A stretch of 64,000 nt of DNA. Source: Amoeboaphelidium protococcarum X5. Its lineage: Eukaryota; Fungi; Aphelidiomycota. The notes beneath the pieces are model-generated. The model was given only the letters and a program-made list of their open reading frames with translations, did no database searches and was not told the origin of the DNA. Within the stretch, counting starts at the first letter, position 1, and every line of letters starts with the position of its first letter. Location of the stretch: contig JALDTO010000266.1 in the NCBI GenBank assembly GCA_023515725.1, forward strand, positions 107,344-171,343, read 5' to 3'. This document shows positions 51,872-64,000 of this stretch, piece after piece. Both the position numbers and the translations under genes were made by a program.

Positions 51872-52276
51872 TCACTTTTTCATACCCATAACAGTCAAAG
51901 TAACATCTGCATTAACGTTAGCATCAATAAGCCTAGTATCGCTAGAGTCTCGCGGCAACACTTTACCTCCATTCAACAATTTAAATGATTGATCCTCTTC
52001 CAAGAGCATCAGCTGTTCCACTGCTTTATATAGATTATCCAGCGATTATTTGATACCCACTTCTACGCTATTATTATTATTATTGGGATCCTTCAGTTTG
52101 CACTTAAGGCATTTCAATTAGATTTTAATGGTCCGATCTTGCACACGTATTTAATCAAATTTTACAGACGCATTCAGCCTGTCCTACTACAGCTGATTCA
52201 AGCCTTTTAATCTTGGATTCTCAACCAGAGGCACAGTGACAAAAGACAACAGATCTCTAGTAATAGTTTCTGCCAT
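51872..52276 (-). CDS. Ubiquitin-like domain protein (Get5/Mdy2-like architecture)
   Basis: 134 aa with IKIQLKCLK..LYKAV..FKLLNGGKVL..L.DANV...TLTVM. Missed by the ORF track. Confidence 0.6.
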
Positions 52277-52487
52277 CACAGTTATCAATCAAAATATCCT
52301 CGATAATATGGTCAATCAACGACCTAACTTAATGATAAACTACCGAGATCCGAAGTAGATTCTAGCTTAGTAAAGAGAAAATAGGAAAGATTGTTGAAGT
52401 TTTGCAAAAGTCGACACATGTTCTAATTTAATTTTTATTTATTTATTTATAGTTGTTATTATAATTGACCAGACGGAGTACAGCACA

Positions 52488-53729
52488 ATGAGCACATCTG
52501 AATAACAATAAATTCGCATTGGGCTGTATATGAATGCCAAAAAGTTTCGCCATGGCTGGGTATAGAATTTAATTCATCAGCAGTAAAAGTAAGAATATTG
52601 TTCATGAAATTCTGATACAATGGTTTGATACCAAATAATTCACATAGATTGTTGTAGATTTGATAATGTTGTTGTATTCAACATGAGAGATGATCTGACG
52701 CGTCAAGTGGATGTGGTGCTATAAAAGATTACGGATATCCTTGGCGATCAGGATAGCGACTCTCTTAGGGAGTATTAAGCATTTTAGGTAAGTGATAATT
52801 AATCGAAATCATGTTTATAGTGGGTGAATTATTGATTTCTGTGTGTATAGGCAAGATTACATGATACGCTAGTTATAGATCCTCTTAACGTTGTCGAGAA
52901 ATTGTTGACTCGCGACTACATTCTGGACTAAATGTCTATAGCTCTGGATGGCCTCCCGGGGTTTCGGTGCGTTAATTATACGCTTATGAGTGACTTTATA
53001 TAGCGGGTAGAAGATTGTCAATACCCAATTAGTAAGTCAACTCTATTGAGACGTGTGTATCAGTCAACATCAGGCTACTGAGTGTGTGTGTGTGTAGTTA
53101 TAAAGAATGTTGTGGCGTGTGCAAAGAAAATCTCTCATTAAATGACCATAATGACCAGGCCTTCTAGATATAAGCTCAATTAATTTCTTAGCTATTAGAA
53201 CAGTAGCGATAATGCTAGTAGTTGGATTGTGTAACCATTTCTGAGACACGGCGGTGTTTTGATAAAGCTGTACGCGATCGGCTCAAAGATTCATATCGAG
53301 TATCGACCAAGTGTTCGTAGTGATATAGACAAGGACTTGGTTTAGTTTAATTCACAGTAGATTCCAAAGCAATTTACTACGGATGAATAGTCATAATAGC
53401 GAGACATTTATGAAACTGGTATTAATGTGGAAGATTGTATGGAAATTAAATGGATTTAGGAGCATCAAGATTAGCTACGATCAATGATCGATCGCGTAAG
53501 TAGGTAGTTTGGTATTACTCTATTTGGATTGGATGTTATTGTCGTATCTGCGGATAATGATACTGCTTCCGATAACCCTTCTTCATCTTCATCATCATAA
53601 GAGTAAATGGTTGGAGTTGTGGTTGATCTAAACTATTTTCCAAGCTTTAACACCTTTCCCAATGTGGAATAGGAACTCATAGAGCATTGTGTCAAATCCT
53701 TTCGACACGCCACAAAGTGTATCAATTGA
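52488..53729 (+). CDS. ITPK1: Inositol-tetrakisphosphate 1-kinase, ATP-grasp fold (introns 52589-52657, 52788-52850, 53032-53097)
   Basis: DVVLQKITD, IDP...V.KL..R, YPIIIK..VAC....SHQM, QPFLRHGGVLIKLYAIG, LFGLDVI, VVDLNYFPSF. Three GTAAG..TAG introns. Absent from the ORF track. Confidence 0.92.
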
Positions 53730-54079
53730 TAGTCATTACATCAATGTACACTTTCACGATTAATGGATCGTAATATAATATATAAAATATAGACTTTATA
53801 TAGTCATTGTCAGGAAATTTATAAACAGTATATTTTCGATCGTAAACTCCATCTTACAAATCGCGTGTGATCGTTTTGTGGCACCTCCCGGACCAATTAC
53901 AGTTTGTGTCTGAGTGTAACAACCATTAGAAAATTAAATTTCGCTGTCACACCTCCGATTTGTGTTAATTTGTCATCTCTTAAGTCAATCTAAACTTTTA
54001 TCTTTCTATATAAGTAGTGTTGTATTCTTATTCTTTTAGTAATAATTGTTGTATATCAATTTAACAATCACGCCATTCA

Positions 54080-55849
54080 ATGTCTGGACTGTTATCGCCG
54101 TAAATGCCCTCATAAGACATGATGATCAAATAGCTCCATCAAGATCTTGATACGGATGTTAATACTGCTACTGCTAATTCAGAGAGTAGTAACAATAACA
54201 AGACCAAGAAAGCTGGTAAAAGTAAATCTAAATTATTTGCAAATCTGCGATTGTTTCAACCCTCTGTGGATGGAGAATCAAAGACCTCCACGCTGAAGAA
54301 GCTGTTCACCATTGCTGACAATAACGATGATGGTAATGATGACGATGATGTTAGCAAAAAGTCAACCATGAAGACCATGACAGAAAATGAAGATAACAAT
54401 AACAAGGCTTTGGCATCAAAGAAGAAGACGGACTTATAAGTTGATACTGATTTCATTAAGCGCCTCAACCGTGATAGTTTACGTGTACTTAGTGCCTCTG
54501 CTGCTGATAACGCGTCACCAAGCAAGCGATTTTCTAACGCGCTAAGCAAAAACAATACCAATACATTGCAGTAAATGCCCACTTCCGTGTACGATATCGA
54601 TGATGCTGCTGAATCTATTTATGATGTTGTCAATGCGTACAGTCAGGATATTCTGGATACTACGCCGATTTTGCATGCTAGAGTGCCAACAGCTGTTACT
54701 GCAATTGATGAATCTGCCCCTCTTAGTGCCTCCAGTTGCACTGATATATCCACCCTCTGTGCAATCTCTGATCGCGCCAATTCCATATCAGGATCATCTA
54801 CTACCTCCTCATCATTTCTGTACCCAAATAGCTTCAGCTCGCGGAGTACAGGTGGCACTGCGTATTAAAAGTCGAGCTCTTATCGCCGCAGTTAGATACT
54901 AGATCAGATACCTGAGCTGGATGTCAATTCACCTCCATCCTCACATAATGACTCTAGGAGACCATCAGCTGTCTAGCGTCTGCATTCCATTGAATAGTAA
55001 CTGATTGAGGCTTAGTAAGAATTTGCTGAAGATGAAGATTCATTCGTGCAAGAGAAGAGCTAGCCATCATCTAATGCTACTGATGCTGATGATGATACCG
55101 TCACTTAATCTCCTCCCAAAAAGCGTAAATGGCTCGCTCTGCGCAACAATATGAAGGATGTCCGATTGGTGAAGAATGTCGGTCGCTCTCAGACATTCAA
55201 AGTGTACTAGAGTCCTCTTGTGGGTATGAAGCGAAGTATGTCCTCTGAACTAGATCAGACACAACTTGACAAAGCATCTGCTAATGTGCTCGATTATCCA
55301 TCGTACAAGTCGGAAGGGAATGAGAATAACGCATCAATGGGTGCCAATGGTGCTGGTGGTGGTGCCTACTATGAGCGCGCCGCTGTCAATCTGGTGGCAT
55401 CTATATCTGCAAAGTATGCCCAAGATGACTTCAAGCTGGATCAAGAATTTGAGTCCAAGTATGTGCAAGCTTAGCGGGATATCAAGCGGCGTGGCAGTTC
55501 AACCATTTAAAAATACCGCCACTAGACTCGCGTTAATATCGAGTGCCACGTTGAAGTGCACGGGTAGACTACGATTGTCATGACAAGTGTCCGCCGCTCT
55601 GCCTTCTCCAATATCAATCCAGAGTCTGATATCCTTACAAAGCGTATACTGCAGCTTATCATGGAAAACGGTTGTGGTCTGAACACTGACGAGTCTGCCA
55701 CTTATCGTGTGCTCTGCTAGAAGAGGCGAAGTCAGCATGGTCCTCTTATGGACAAGGTCTTTGCTGATGTGGAGACTGACCAGGATATTCTCAATGTTAT
55801 CGCAAAGAGTCACAACTTGATGCTCAAAGTTATCCTCACCAATGAATGA
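54080..55849 (+). CDS. Low-complexity protein with a C-terminal Ras-association/ubiquitin-like domain (tentative)
   Basis: 589-aa code-6 ORF, Ser/Asp-rich, with a globular beta-grasp-like C-terminus (HVEVH...ILQLIMENGC...YRVL...MLKVIL). Confidence 0.55.
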
Positions 55850-56016
55850 ATGAATTATTCGAGTGCTGTTGACTAATTCTCCTACTTGGAGAGATATGAA
55901 GCACAATATACCGCCAGTCAATGAATTTCAAAATATGATTGTGAATTTAACTAAATACACTGCATTACTGTTCATAGTATTTTCATGACTACTCATTACA
56001 CATGATTATAATAATT

Positions 56017-57034
56017 TCAGCTCTATTACCCACCCTGTGAAGTACAAAAGTTCCAGAGCTCAATGACACCTTCACGGGGTAGAGTGTACAAATCAAAGTG
56101 AAATTCAGACGGATCTTCGTGAATGTAAGTACTATTCTACCTGTGTTTCTTTACAATCTCCACGGCGCTCATAATGGCATTACCTTGTAATCCGTATAGA
56201 GCATCAGCCAACTTGTCAACATCTAATCCAAAAAGCATATCCACAGGATCTATTGTTGAAGACTTTTCAATAATTTTTCCATTCTAATGCTACGGAGCGT
56301 GATGATTTTAGTGCTGATGAGATTAAGATGACGCGTTACCAACACTTTTCACTTTCTACGATGATGCAGCAGTTGCAGAAGCAGCACTGCCTGAACTGGC
56401 CGGAGCAGCTGCGACAGTTCTAGACACTCTTCGCTTCTTCTCCGCAGGCTCACTGGCACCACCAGAAGTTGTATCCAGCTTTTACTTATCATTATTATTA
56501 GCGGCAGATGTCGCCGCTGATACTACTTATTGGGGAACAGACTGCTTCAAAAGATCCACAAACTCAGTCTTGGCATCTTTCGCCACAAAATCATAATGCT
56601 ATTCATAACTGCCCTTGTCCAGCATGATTGGATGGGTGATAGAGAATGGTTCATGTAGACCGTCTTTGAAATGAAGCACAATCTCGAGATCGAACGAGCC
56701 ATAGCCTTGTTCGCGCAACTCAAATGGCAACTGGTCGACGAAACGCACAGGATCAGTGAAGGTTGGATGCAATTTGAATTCCACCTTCTCTACATACTTT
56801 TCAATCTGTCCGCGTCGTCCCTTACGCTTACTGCTTTCATGCACATTAACCTTCCACTCGAATAGGGCCAAATAGCGCGGCTTACCATCATCAGACTCCA
56901 CCGGCACTGAAGTTCCTGTTCTCTTAATCTCAGTGGACACTCCAATAACTTTATTCACTCCCTACAAGATACCAAAGTAATCATTATTATCCAAAACTAA
57001 TAGTGGTGTAGGAAAATACCTCTTCTGCAATCAT
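56017..57034 (-). CDS. TAF14: YEATS-domain protein with a C-terminal ET/AHD domain (Taf14/AF9-like; intron 56962-57019)
   Basis: VEKVEFKLHPTFTDPVR...PFELREQGYGSF; VDKLADALYGL...EFHFDLYTLP...LW.F. Confidence 0.88.
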
Positions 57035-57333
57035 AGCGAGTCGAAATGGAAAATGGTCTAATAATGAATTTTTCAGGCCAAAGTAGAAGAATAGAAAGAA
57101 AGGAAGAACGAACGTTTGAACGAACAGAGACGCGCTGATGAGATTTGCCCTTGACGAGCGACGAGGAATCCAATTCGCGTCTGATCTTCCTGATTACGCG
57201 TTCAATTTACCTGCAGTATATAGTTTGAAGACTAATCAGAAACTGTGGTGGAAATTAAGACTCACAGAAATGTGAAATTATTCAACAACATAATGAATTC
57301 ATGATATCAATTGAATGAGCGTCTCATATCAAT

Positions 57334-58670
57334 TCAGCAGCCTAAAGTTGCAGAAATTTTCCTCTTATTCATTACCGCGTCCTGGATCGTTGGGGTGATT
57401 CTATGAATAAAATCGTTCTAATCAACCTTGACATTGTAGTCAAAGTACAAAACTTGATTGAATGAACTACGCATGCACAAGAATATAGGATAGACAATGA
57501 GCCACAAGCAGGAGAGGAAACACAAAATCTGGACCAGCACACTATTGGACATCTTCATGGCAGAAGTATTAGAACACGCCTTGATAACGCTATTTCCAAC
57601 CTAGAACTCAATTTTTAATTTACGGTCAGTAGGATACATGGCCTAGGTGCGGACAACCCAACTGATTTAATTCAGCAATTATTCAATGTTCCAACCACTG
57701 ATACTCTTTCCACATTCAATCTCCTTCATTGAGCTATCGCTGTTCACAAATTCTTCCAGTTTCCACTTTAAATCAGGTCCATTCAGTAAGCACGCTGACC
57801 ACTGCTCACTTACAAAACCGCTAATATCCAAATCCAACTTGAAATCCACAATATGAGCCTTTTAAACGTGTTAATTGTGATGGTGATGGTGGTGATGGCG
57901 GATATGGTTATCCTAATGATGATGATGATGATCATGATGATTAAGATTATGATTGTGACCAACTCCCAGAGTCTAGCGCAACTCTTCATGGGATCCTGTT
58001 ATAATCAACTTCAGCTAAGGACGTTCCTACCCATACAGGAACAAATATTCCAGCAGAGCATCAGCACTTTTAGTCAGTTACTAGGAATATGATACGACAC
58101 CAGAATAGTTGCGATCAACTTTAGCAGGGGGGAATGAAGGATGATGAGGTAGCATGATATTTTATCTAGGCAAGCACGTCAAAGGCTAACCATGAAATAG
58201 CAACATGTCAGATGGACTAGATCTGACTTTTGGTGGGACTTTCGCGTCATAATTTCCATATCTGACAGATGGATTATAAGGCACACATGGAGTTGGATAA
58301 TGATGGTGGTGACCGTGACCATAGGAAGGCAATGGTTAAGGGATAGGCTCATATGGTTGTGGATATGGGTTATAGCCAGGAGGACATGGTTGCGGCGGCA
58401 TTGGATTGTAAACAGGCGGGCCTGGGGGACAATGATGTGGATTATGATGATGACCATTTCCAGGTTGAGGATAACCGGGATTACGATTATGATGATGACC
58501 TGGGTAACCAGGATTAACAATAATCACAGTGTCTTGACAAGAGACTTGGCCTTGGTCGTCACAATTATCTACAGATTTGACATGACATGAGAAATGTCGT
58601 AATGATCAAATAATAAATACTAATCACCTGTATTCACATTTTAAAATCCCGCAGGTTGGTGACAGCTCAT
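57334..58670 (-). CDS. Uncharacterised membrane protein with a Pro/His/Tyr-rich N-terminus and an internal poly-His loop (intron 58569-58627)
   Basis: 425 aa after splicing. GSHEE..[His-rich]..IVDFKLDLD, and one TM helix (ILCFLSCLWLIVYPIFL) near the C-terminus. Confidence 0.7.
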
Positions 58671-60300
58671 GGTTTTTAATACTATATCGCCTGATTATCT
58701 TCTCTGTTAATGACTTGAATGAGTGAAAATGTTTGCCCCCCGAAAGACGCTATGGAAATACCTCCTTAATAAAGCGTTTGAGATGGCAAGGGGAGTCAAG
58801 TGCTACTTTCTGTTTCTTCATTACTGATTTTAAAGGTAAAAGATACGCGCTATCTTAAAATATCACGTCTTTAATTTAATAACTCATGGACCGTATTTAA
58901 GATCTTCAATTTCATAATTTTGAATTGCAGATCGTTCGCGTCATGATCGAAACTCAACACGCGGCTTGTTGTAGTTTGCTTCTTCTCAAAATAGTTGAGC
59001 CATGAAATAGCCTAAATTTAAGGTGGGTAAAAGTTCCGTAAATTTAGGAGAGCAGAAGTCATACTTTAAGTATAGTTCAGTCTCGCACTGTTTCCGGTAG
59101 CTTGTGACAATGTGAAACGACTGGAAATTTCTTCACCTTTGTTGTTTCAAATCAGACTTTATCCATGTGGCACTCTTACCTTCATTATCTAAGTCATCGG
59201 ATAATATTGATTTGATTCCTGTCTTATTGGATCTTACTCGAACGACTTAGGTGTCTAACACAACAGATTTAATCGAAAAGCTCACCTCTAAAATAATTGA
59301 CCAGTGACGGAAAGCCGAATATATTGTTGTTGTTAGCCATGTGGAAATAAATACGAGTACGTAGGTGTTGAACCTGATAGAGGGACTAGGAAAAGATAAA
59401 GAAGAAGAAGTTTTTATTTATTACACCATCAAACAAACCCCAACAACGGTGATATCAACCTCGTAGTCTAATAGTTGTCGCTTTTGCATTCATCTAACGC
59501 ATTCATGTGGAGAAATGCGGGTTTTTACTGGATAATATAAGTATATTTATATATATTATTGTTCTAATTCTACCAAAATATTACGTTTCAAATTCTAATT
59601 TTTCAATAAAATAAAATTCATTGTTTAATATACTATGTATTGCAGTCATCTTATTTTTTGCGAGTTGGAAAAAGTCATTTTTGGTAGTAACTAAAGTCAA
59701 ACCTTACTATTGCCACAAGTCGATGCGCCCGAATCAAATTCGCTTTGAGACAGTCGAGTTAGATCAAGTTTCAACAGGCCATTTCCAACAATGAACCAGC
59801 TCATATGATATTGCCGTTGTAGGCGCATTTAAATTGCGCCGCGGTTTTAGTCAAAGAAGGACGGAGTGCATGAAATGGGCCTTTCTATCGTGTTTACTCG
59901 GACCTGGTTGAGGCTCTTTGTAAATGTGATTGTGAAAGACCAAACTTTCTTCCGACAGAGAAACCGCATTTTTTATTATATCAATATGCTTCAAGGACCA
60001 TCATACTTTAGTGGATAAGAATAAATAAATATTCGCGTCAATAAGGATATAGAAAATTATGAAAGTGAAAGTGATGTAGAGACTGTATTATCCATGGAGT
60101 CCTTGAATGATAAGAATTTGTAATAGGATGAAATGGAAGCAAAGTTGAATATCAATTGCTAATATTTGAATGGGTAAGTACATGAATGGGAGTTTATGAG
60201 TCCTTCATCCATTATTCCAGATACTGTACGCGTTATAAAGAAGCCGACCGCGTCACAGCTGCAGCACTTGGTATTAAATCCGTATCTCTATCGTGGTCTG

Positions 60301-62903
60301 TAGACCTCCTAAACAAATATTTTGCTTTGCTTTGCTTTGATTTGCACAAATATTCCAATTTCCGCTGCCTCAGATATTCGATTGGAAATATTTATAAATA
60401 TTTACAAATATTAGAAGTTATTCGATGACCTTAAGTGGCGCTTTTGAAACGCTATAGAGTTGTGTAAGCCTTCAAACGCTCCTTAGATTTAGATAGGGAG
60501 GAGTCGGCGTTTGAATCTCTCTTATTTTCATTTTACTCAGTCTTGCGCAAGCTCAGAGAAGTAGGAGTCATGAACGGAATCAACAGTCCTCGTAGGTGTA
60601 AATCCATAAGCAAGAAGCCATAGACTACTTTGGCTCAAAGTTTCGCATATGCAACGTCTGAGCTAGCCCCGGAAGACTTCTGTAAGTTAAACGCACTTGA
60701 ATGTGGAGAATATCCCTCCGTCTAGTTCGGAGATTATCAATTTAACCTGTCCCTCGCCAATAAAGGCAATTTCTAAGTGCAAGAGTAAGTCTGAATCCAA
60801 GAGTCAAGTTTCTTCAAGGGCGTCTAGATCGATTGTATGGTAATTTTTTGACAAAAATGCTGTGAACCAGTAAGGTAAGATTCAATGTAAAGTTTCAAGC
60901 TGCGGTAAATGGTTCAAATATAATCCAAGCTCGACTACTACCTAATTGCAGCATATAAACGCTGTCCATGAGAAGATGGCGTTGATTGCTGAAACGTAAC
61001 CAAGCTTGTTGAATCTTTAGGATAACGAAGACGTCGTGGCCATGATTAGTCATTAGATTGAGAACCAGTACAGTCCTGAGAAATTCCGTGATGTCCTTAT
61101 TCGTTTAATAGTCGCCAACAATTTATCATTTGAATTTGTCGAGTATCCTGAGGTCAAAGGATAATCTAATTGGTTCGCCCCACTGTCACTAAAGATCTTA
61201 TCAGCGCGGACACTGTTCGTAATGAGATTGCTAAGCGCGCCTAGTAGCGTGATATGTAGGTTAGTTCCTAATTGACGGCGCTGCCATGTAAGTTTGCTAC
61301 AACGACTGATATGTGGACTAGTCCTAATAGAATCCCTTTTATGTGTGTGACAGGTCATTACATTGATAAAAATTGGGATTTGTAAAGTGCTCTGATTGAT
61401 TTTGTTCCTTTCACCGGGAAGCACTCTGAGGTCAAGATTAGTGAGAAGTTCAGATTGATAGCTTAAGAATCTTTTGGTGGGTTTGAAAAGGTTTTGAGTG
61501 TTACGTGCGATAATGCTTCCAATAATTTGACTTTTGTGGAGTCTTTGATCAGTTTGGAAGATTTCGATGAATCTGGACATATGAGGTGCTTTGCTCATGT
61601 AATCAATTTGGCTGTTAAAGAAGCCTACAAGATATTCGAGAAAGATATCAAAGTCATTCGTGATTTAATCGTCTCATTGAGACGCTCTTCTTTGCTTATG
61701 GAGAAGTTCGAGGAGATCTGTGTTAAGAAAGAGGTTACTGTTCGGTAACCTTGCTACGATGTCCCAACAAGATGGAATTCAACCTGGGAAATGTTAACGT
61801 ATGCTGTAGAATATAAGAAAGTTTTCGACCTATTGTGTTTAGTAGCTACAGGTGACGGATTCAAAGAACAGTATCGCACGATTAAATGGGATGTTTTAGA
61901 GCAATTGTGCCTCTTTTTGAGAAAATTTGCTAAGGCTACTACTACACTAAGTGGATCTAAGTATGGAACCTTGAATCAAGTTTTGCCTATGCATGTGAAT
62001 TTTACTAATCATTGTTTGAAAATGAAAACTAGTAGAGTTCAGGTGGTGCGGCAGGCAGCTGATGCTGCTTTATAGAAGTTGAATTAATACTGTACCACTT
62101 TCACGGATTACAATGTGATAGCTACCGTGTTGGACCCTCGTTATAAAGCGCGATTCTTTGACTAGAACAAGAATCTATTGCACTATGACATTGTTAATGT
62201 GGATGATGAATCTCCAGGGTCTGAAATTGCTTAATCAATAGTCTAGAGATATCTAACTCGCTTATATCAAGATAGAGTCCCCATCGCCGAAGAAGAGCTT
62301 AGTGAAGTGGATGATTTCGACGCTGAATTGTATGGAGGCGAGGGAGTATCTTCTGATAACGTCGATAATCATTTGACGACGTATTTTAGAGACAGTGTGT
62401 CTATTTTTTCTGAAAATCCATTGGAGTATTGGAAAATTAGAGAGCTTAAATGGCCGTAATTGGCTGCAATGGCGAAGGATTTCCTGGCTATCCCTGCGAC
62501 TTCAGTTCTATCTGAGAGTGCTTTTTCTACTGGGCGTCAGATAGTCACTGATTATCGAGGATCATTGGAGCCAAACACTATTCGCAATGTCATGGTGTTA
62601 AGGGATGTCTATCGGAAACAAGGAAATATGTCTGTGTATGATTTTGTGGAGTCCACGTATACAGTAGAAGGAATTGAGAGCGTAGATTCTACTTCGTAGG
62701 AGGAGTGATTGTGAGCCATTGGGTTTTAAACGTGCTCCATCTATGTAGAAACTTTTTCCCTATGCATTTGTACATCTAATATATACTTTAAACCTCACTA
62801 TTAGCTTGAATATTCTCTCGTTTCATTACAACTGACGGGATGAAGATCAGTAGGAGAGCAAAGTTCGAATATTTACAAATACACTCTTTGTTTAGGAGGT
62901 CTA
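60301..62903 (+). mobile_element. Full-length hAT DNA transposon (2603 bp), 17-bp TIRs, 8-bp TSD
   Basis: TIR TAGACCTCCTAAACAAA (60301-60317) and TTTGTTTAGGAGGTCTA (62887-62903). TSD GTGGTCTG at 60293-60300 and 62904-62911. Subterminal AAATATT/GAATATT repeats. Confidence 0.97.
60570..62708 (+). pseudogene. hAT transposase with BED zinc finger (frameshifts near 60672 and 61207)
   Basis: SIVWQFF..C....C..H....H, TTDMWTS, TCDNASNN, RCFAHVINL, PTRWNST, LDPRYK, AIPATSV.SESAFS. Confidence 0.93.
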
Positions 62904-63030
62904 GTGGTCTGTAGTAGATTACGTCTTTAAATCACTTGGCGGAAATAGTTGGCGCTCCCTCAACTTGGTTAGACACTTATACGAAAAATGTAATGAATAA
63001 TGCTCTCTTGCGCCGTATTTTAAGAAATTT

Positions 63031-63590
63031 CGTTGATTTGGAAGATAATTTTCAATATAATAGATATACGATAATATACGATATAATATGGTGGCAAAAG
63101 TTATATATTAAATCAATGATAATCAATGTTCGTAATCGATGATGATGATGGTGTATTGCTGCGCCACTAATCCATTCAGTTCCAAGTCGTTCTAATCCTG
63201 ACGTCACTCATACTTCAACACTCCCACCTTGACACGATTCTAAAGGAACACCCAGCTCAAAGCGTGTCAACATCAGACACTTTGAACAATCTTACAACGG
63301 ATTTAAATTTTGATCACTTGTCTTCATCAGATGAGACATTCCCAATTGTTGACGAAAGTTCTTGATCTAAACACCATTGTGAATCTTTGTCAGATAGTCA
63401 GAGAGATTCTTCTAACTTTCAATGTAATTTAGCTTGACTTCACCATTCAGCACTTTCTCTCTACAATAGAGATACTTGATATCTATGTGACGCGACTTTA
63501 CATTACTAGAATGATTGGAGGCAATTGCAATAGCCGACTAATTGTCTTCCATGATTTGGATCGGGCCATCACAATGTGTTAAAAATCCAA
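63031..63590 (-). mobile_element. Ty1/copia relic: RNase H, polypurine tract and a probable 3' LTR (63031-63220)
   Basis: IMEDNQSAIAIA...KSRHIDIKY.Y.RE.V..G.V.L.YI.SQ.N.SD.LTK. PPT AAGGTGGGAG directly followed by TGTTGA; the other end reads TCAACG. Confidence 0.85.
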
Positions 63591-64000
63591 AAATATTAAT
63601 TTGTAGTTACAAGATGCTATAGCCAAAACTTATCTAAAATATAGGCTTCTCGCTGTGGCAGGTGTCCTTATGTCTATCATGTTTCCTCAAATAGTATTTG
63701 TGACCACCGCCGTGATATAATAATCTCATTTTCGAGAGCTAATCAGAGTAATTAAATTTTTGAAATAACAAGATTCTATCTAAAAACAGGATACAAAATT
63801 AAACGCGGGAACACAATCGCGAAAGAATATAGTGAAACTAACGAGGCTGCGCGCGCGTCAACTTAATCTGTGGTAAAAGCTGCATTTAAAATAATATGTG
63901 TAGTACAATTATAAAAACGAAGAAAAAGGTTAGTATTAATCTCCTTTTAAAAGTGCGCTTATCAGCTCTTTGCACATTTCACTCAAATTTTAATAGCCAT

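Larger units (their letters stand above)
59875..63030 (+). pseudogene. Orphan ORF split by the hAT insertion (59875-60300 + 62912-~63030)
   Basis: Removing the element and one TSD copy gives one continuous frame: ...LVLNPYLYRGL|QQITSLNHLAEIVGAP... Confidence 0.5.

Noticed and set aside
1-64000. Mass pseudogenisation suggested by the fragmented ORF track
   Set aside because: The fragments join in one frame across TAA/TAG at Gln positions. This is a genetic-code effect.
1-64000. tRNA, rRNA or CRISPR arrays
   Set aside because: No cloverleaf with a GTTCRA T-loop, no rRNA motif and no repeat-spacer array seen by eye.

Overview
Gene-dense, intron-poor eukaryotic nuclear DNA that only reads sensibly if TAA and TAG encode Gln and TGA is the sole stop (translation table 6). 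The supplied ORF track is fragmented because it treats TAA/TAG as stops. The fungal/opisthokont-like gene content plus this code points to the aphelid Amoeboaphelidium protococcarum (inference). Re-reading in code 6 gives about 28 host genes (FNTA/RAM2, MIC19, F-box/WD40, NOC2, SOF1, RPL17, KAP104, gephyrin, VMA13, class II HMG-CoA reductase, CTR9, PTS, FZO1, NUF2, HTS1, CMC4, ERJ5, FEX, intersectin-like, ITPK1, TAF14 and others) with short (53-74 nt) GT-AG introns. The accessory material is: (1) a Dada-type DDE transposase with an inserted DEDDy 3'-5' exonuclease, flanked on both sides by hairpin-rich segments, each preceded by the same ATAAATAGAG motif, with short U6 snRNA-like words nearby; (2) a duplicated Crinkler-like REase+kinase pseudogene whose second copy carried off the 3' end of the gephyrin gene; (3) a complete hAT element with 17-bp TIRs and an 8-bp TSD inserted into an orphan ORF; (4) LINE and Ty1/copia relics. 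The most unusual host gene is an ESCRT-III (CHMP2/Vps2-like) protein with a ubiquitin-like domain inserted before its MIM1 motif. All calls come from manual translation and motif recognition; no searches were run.
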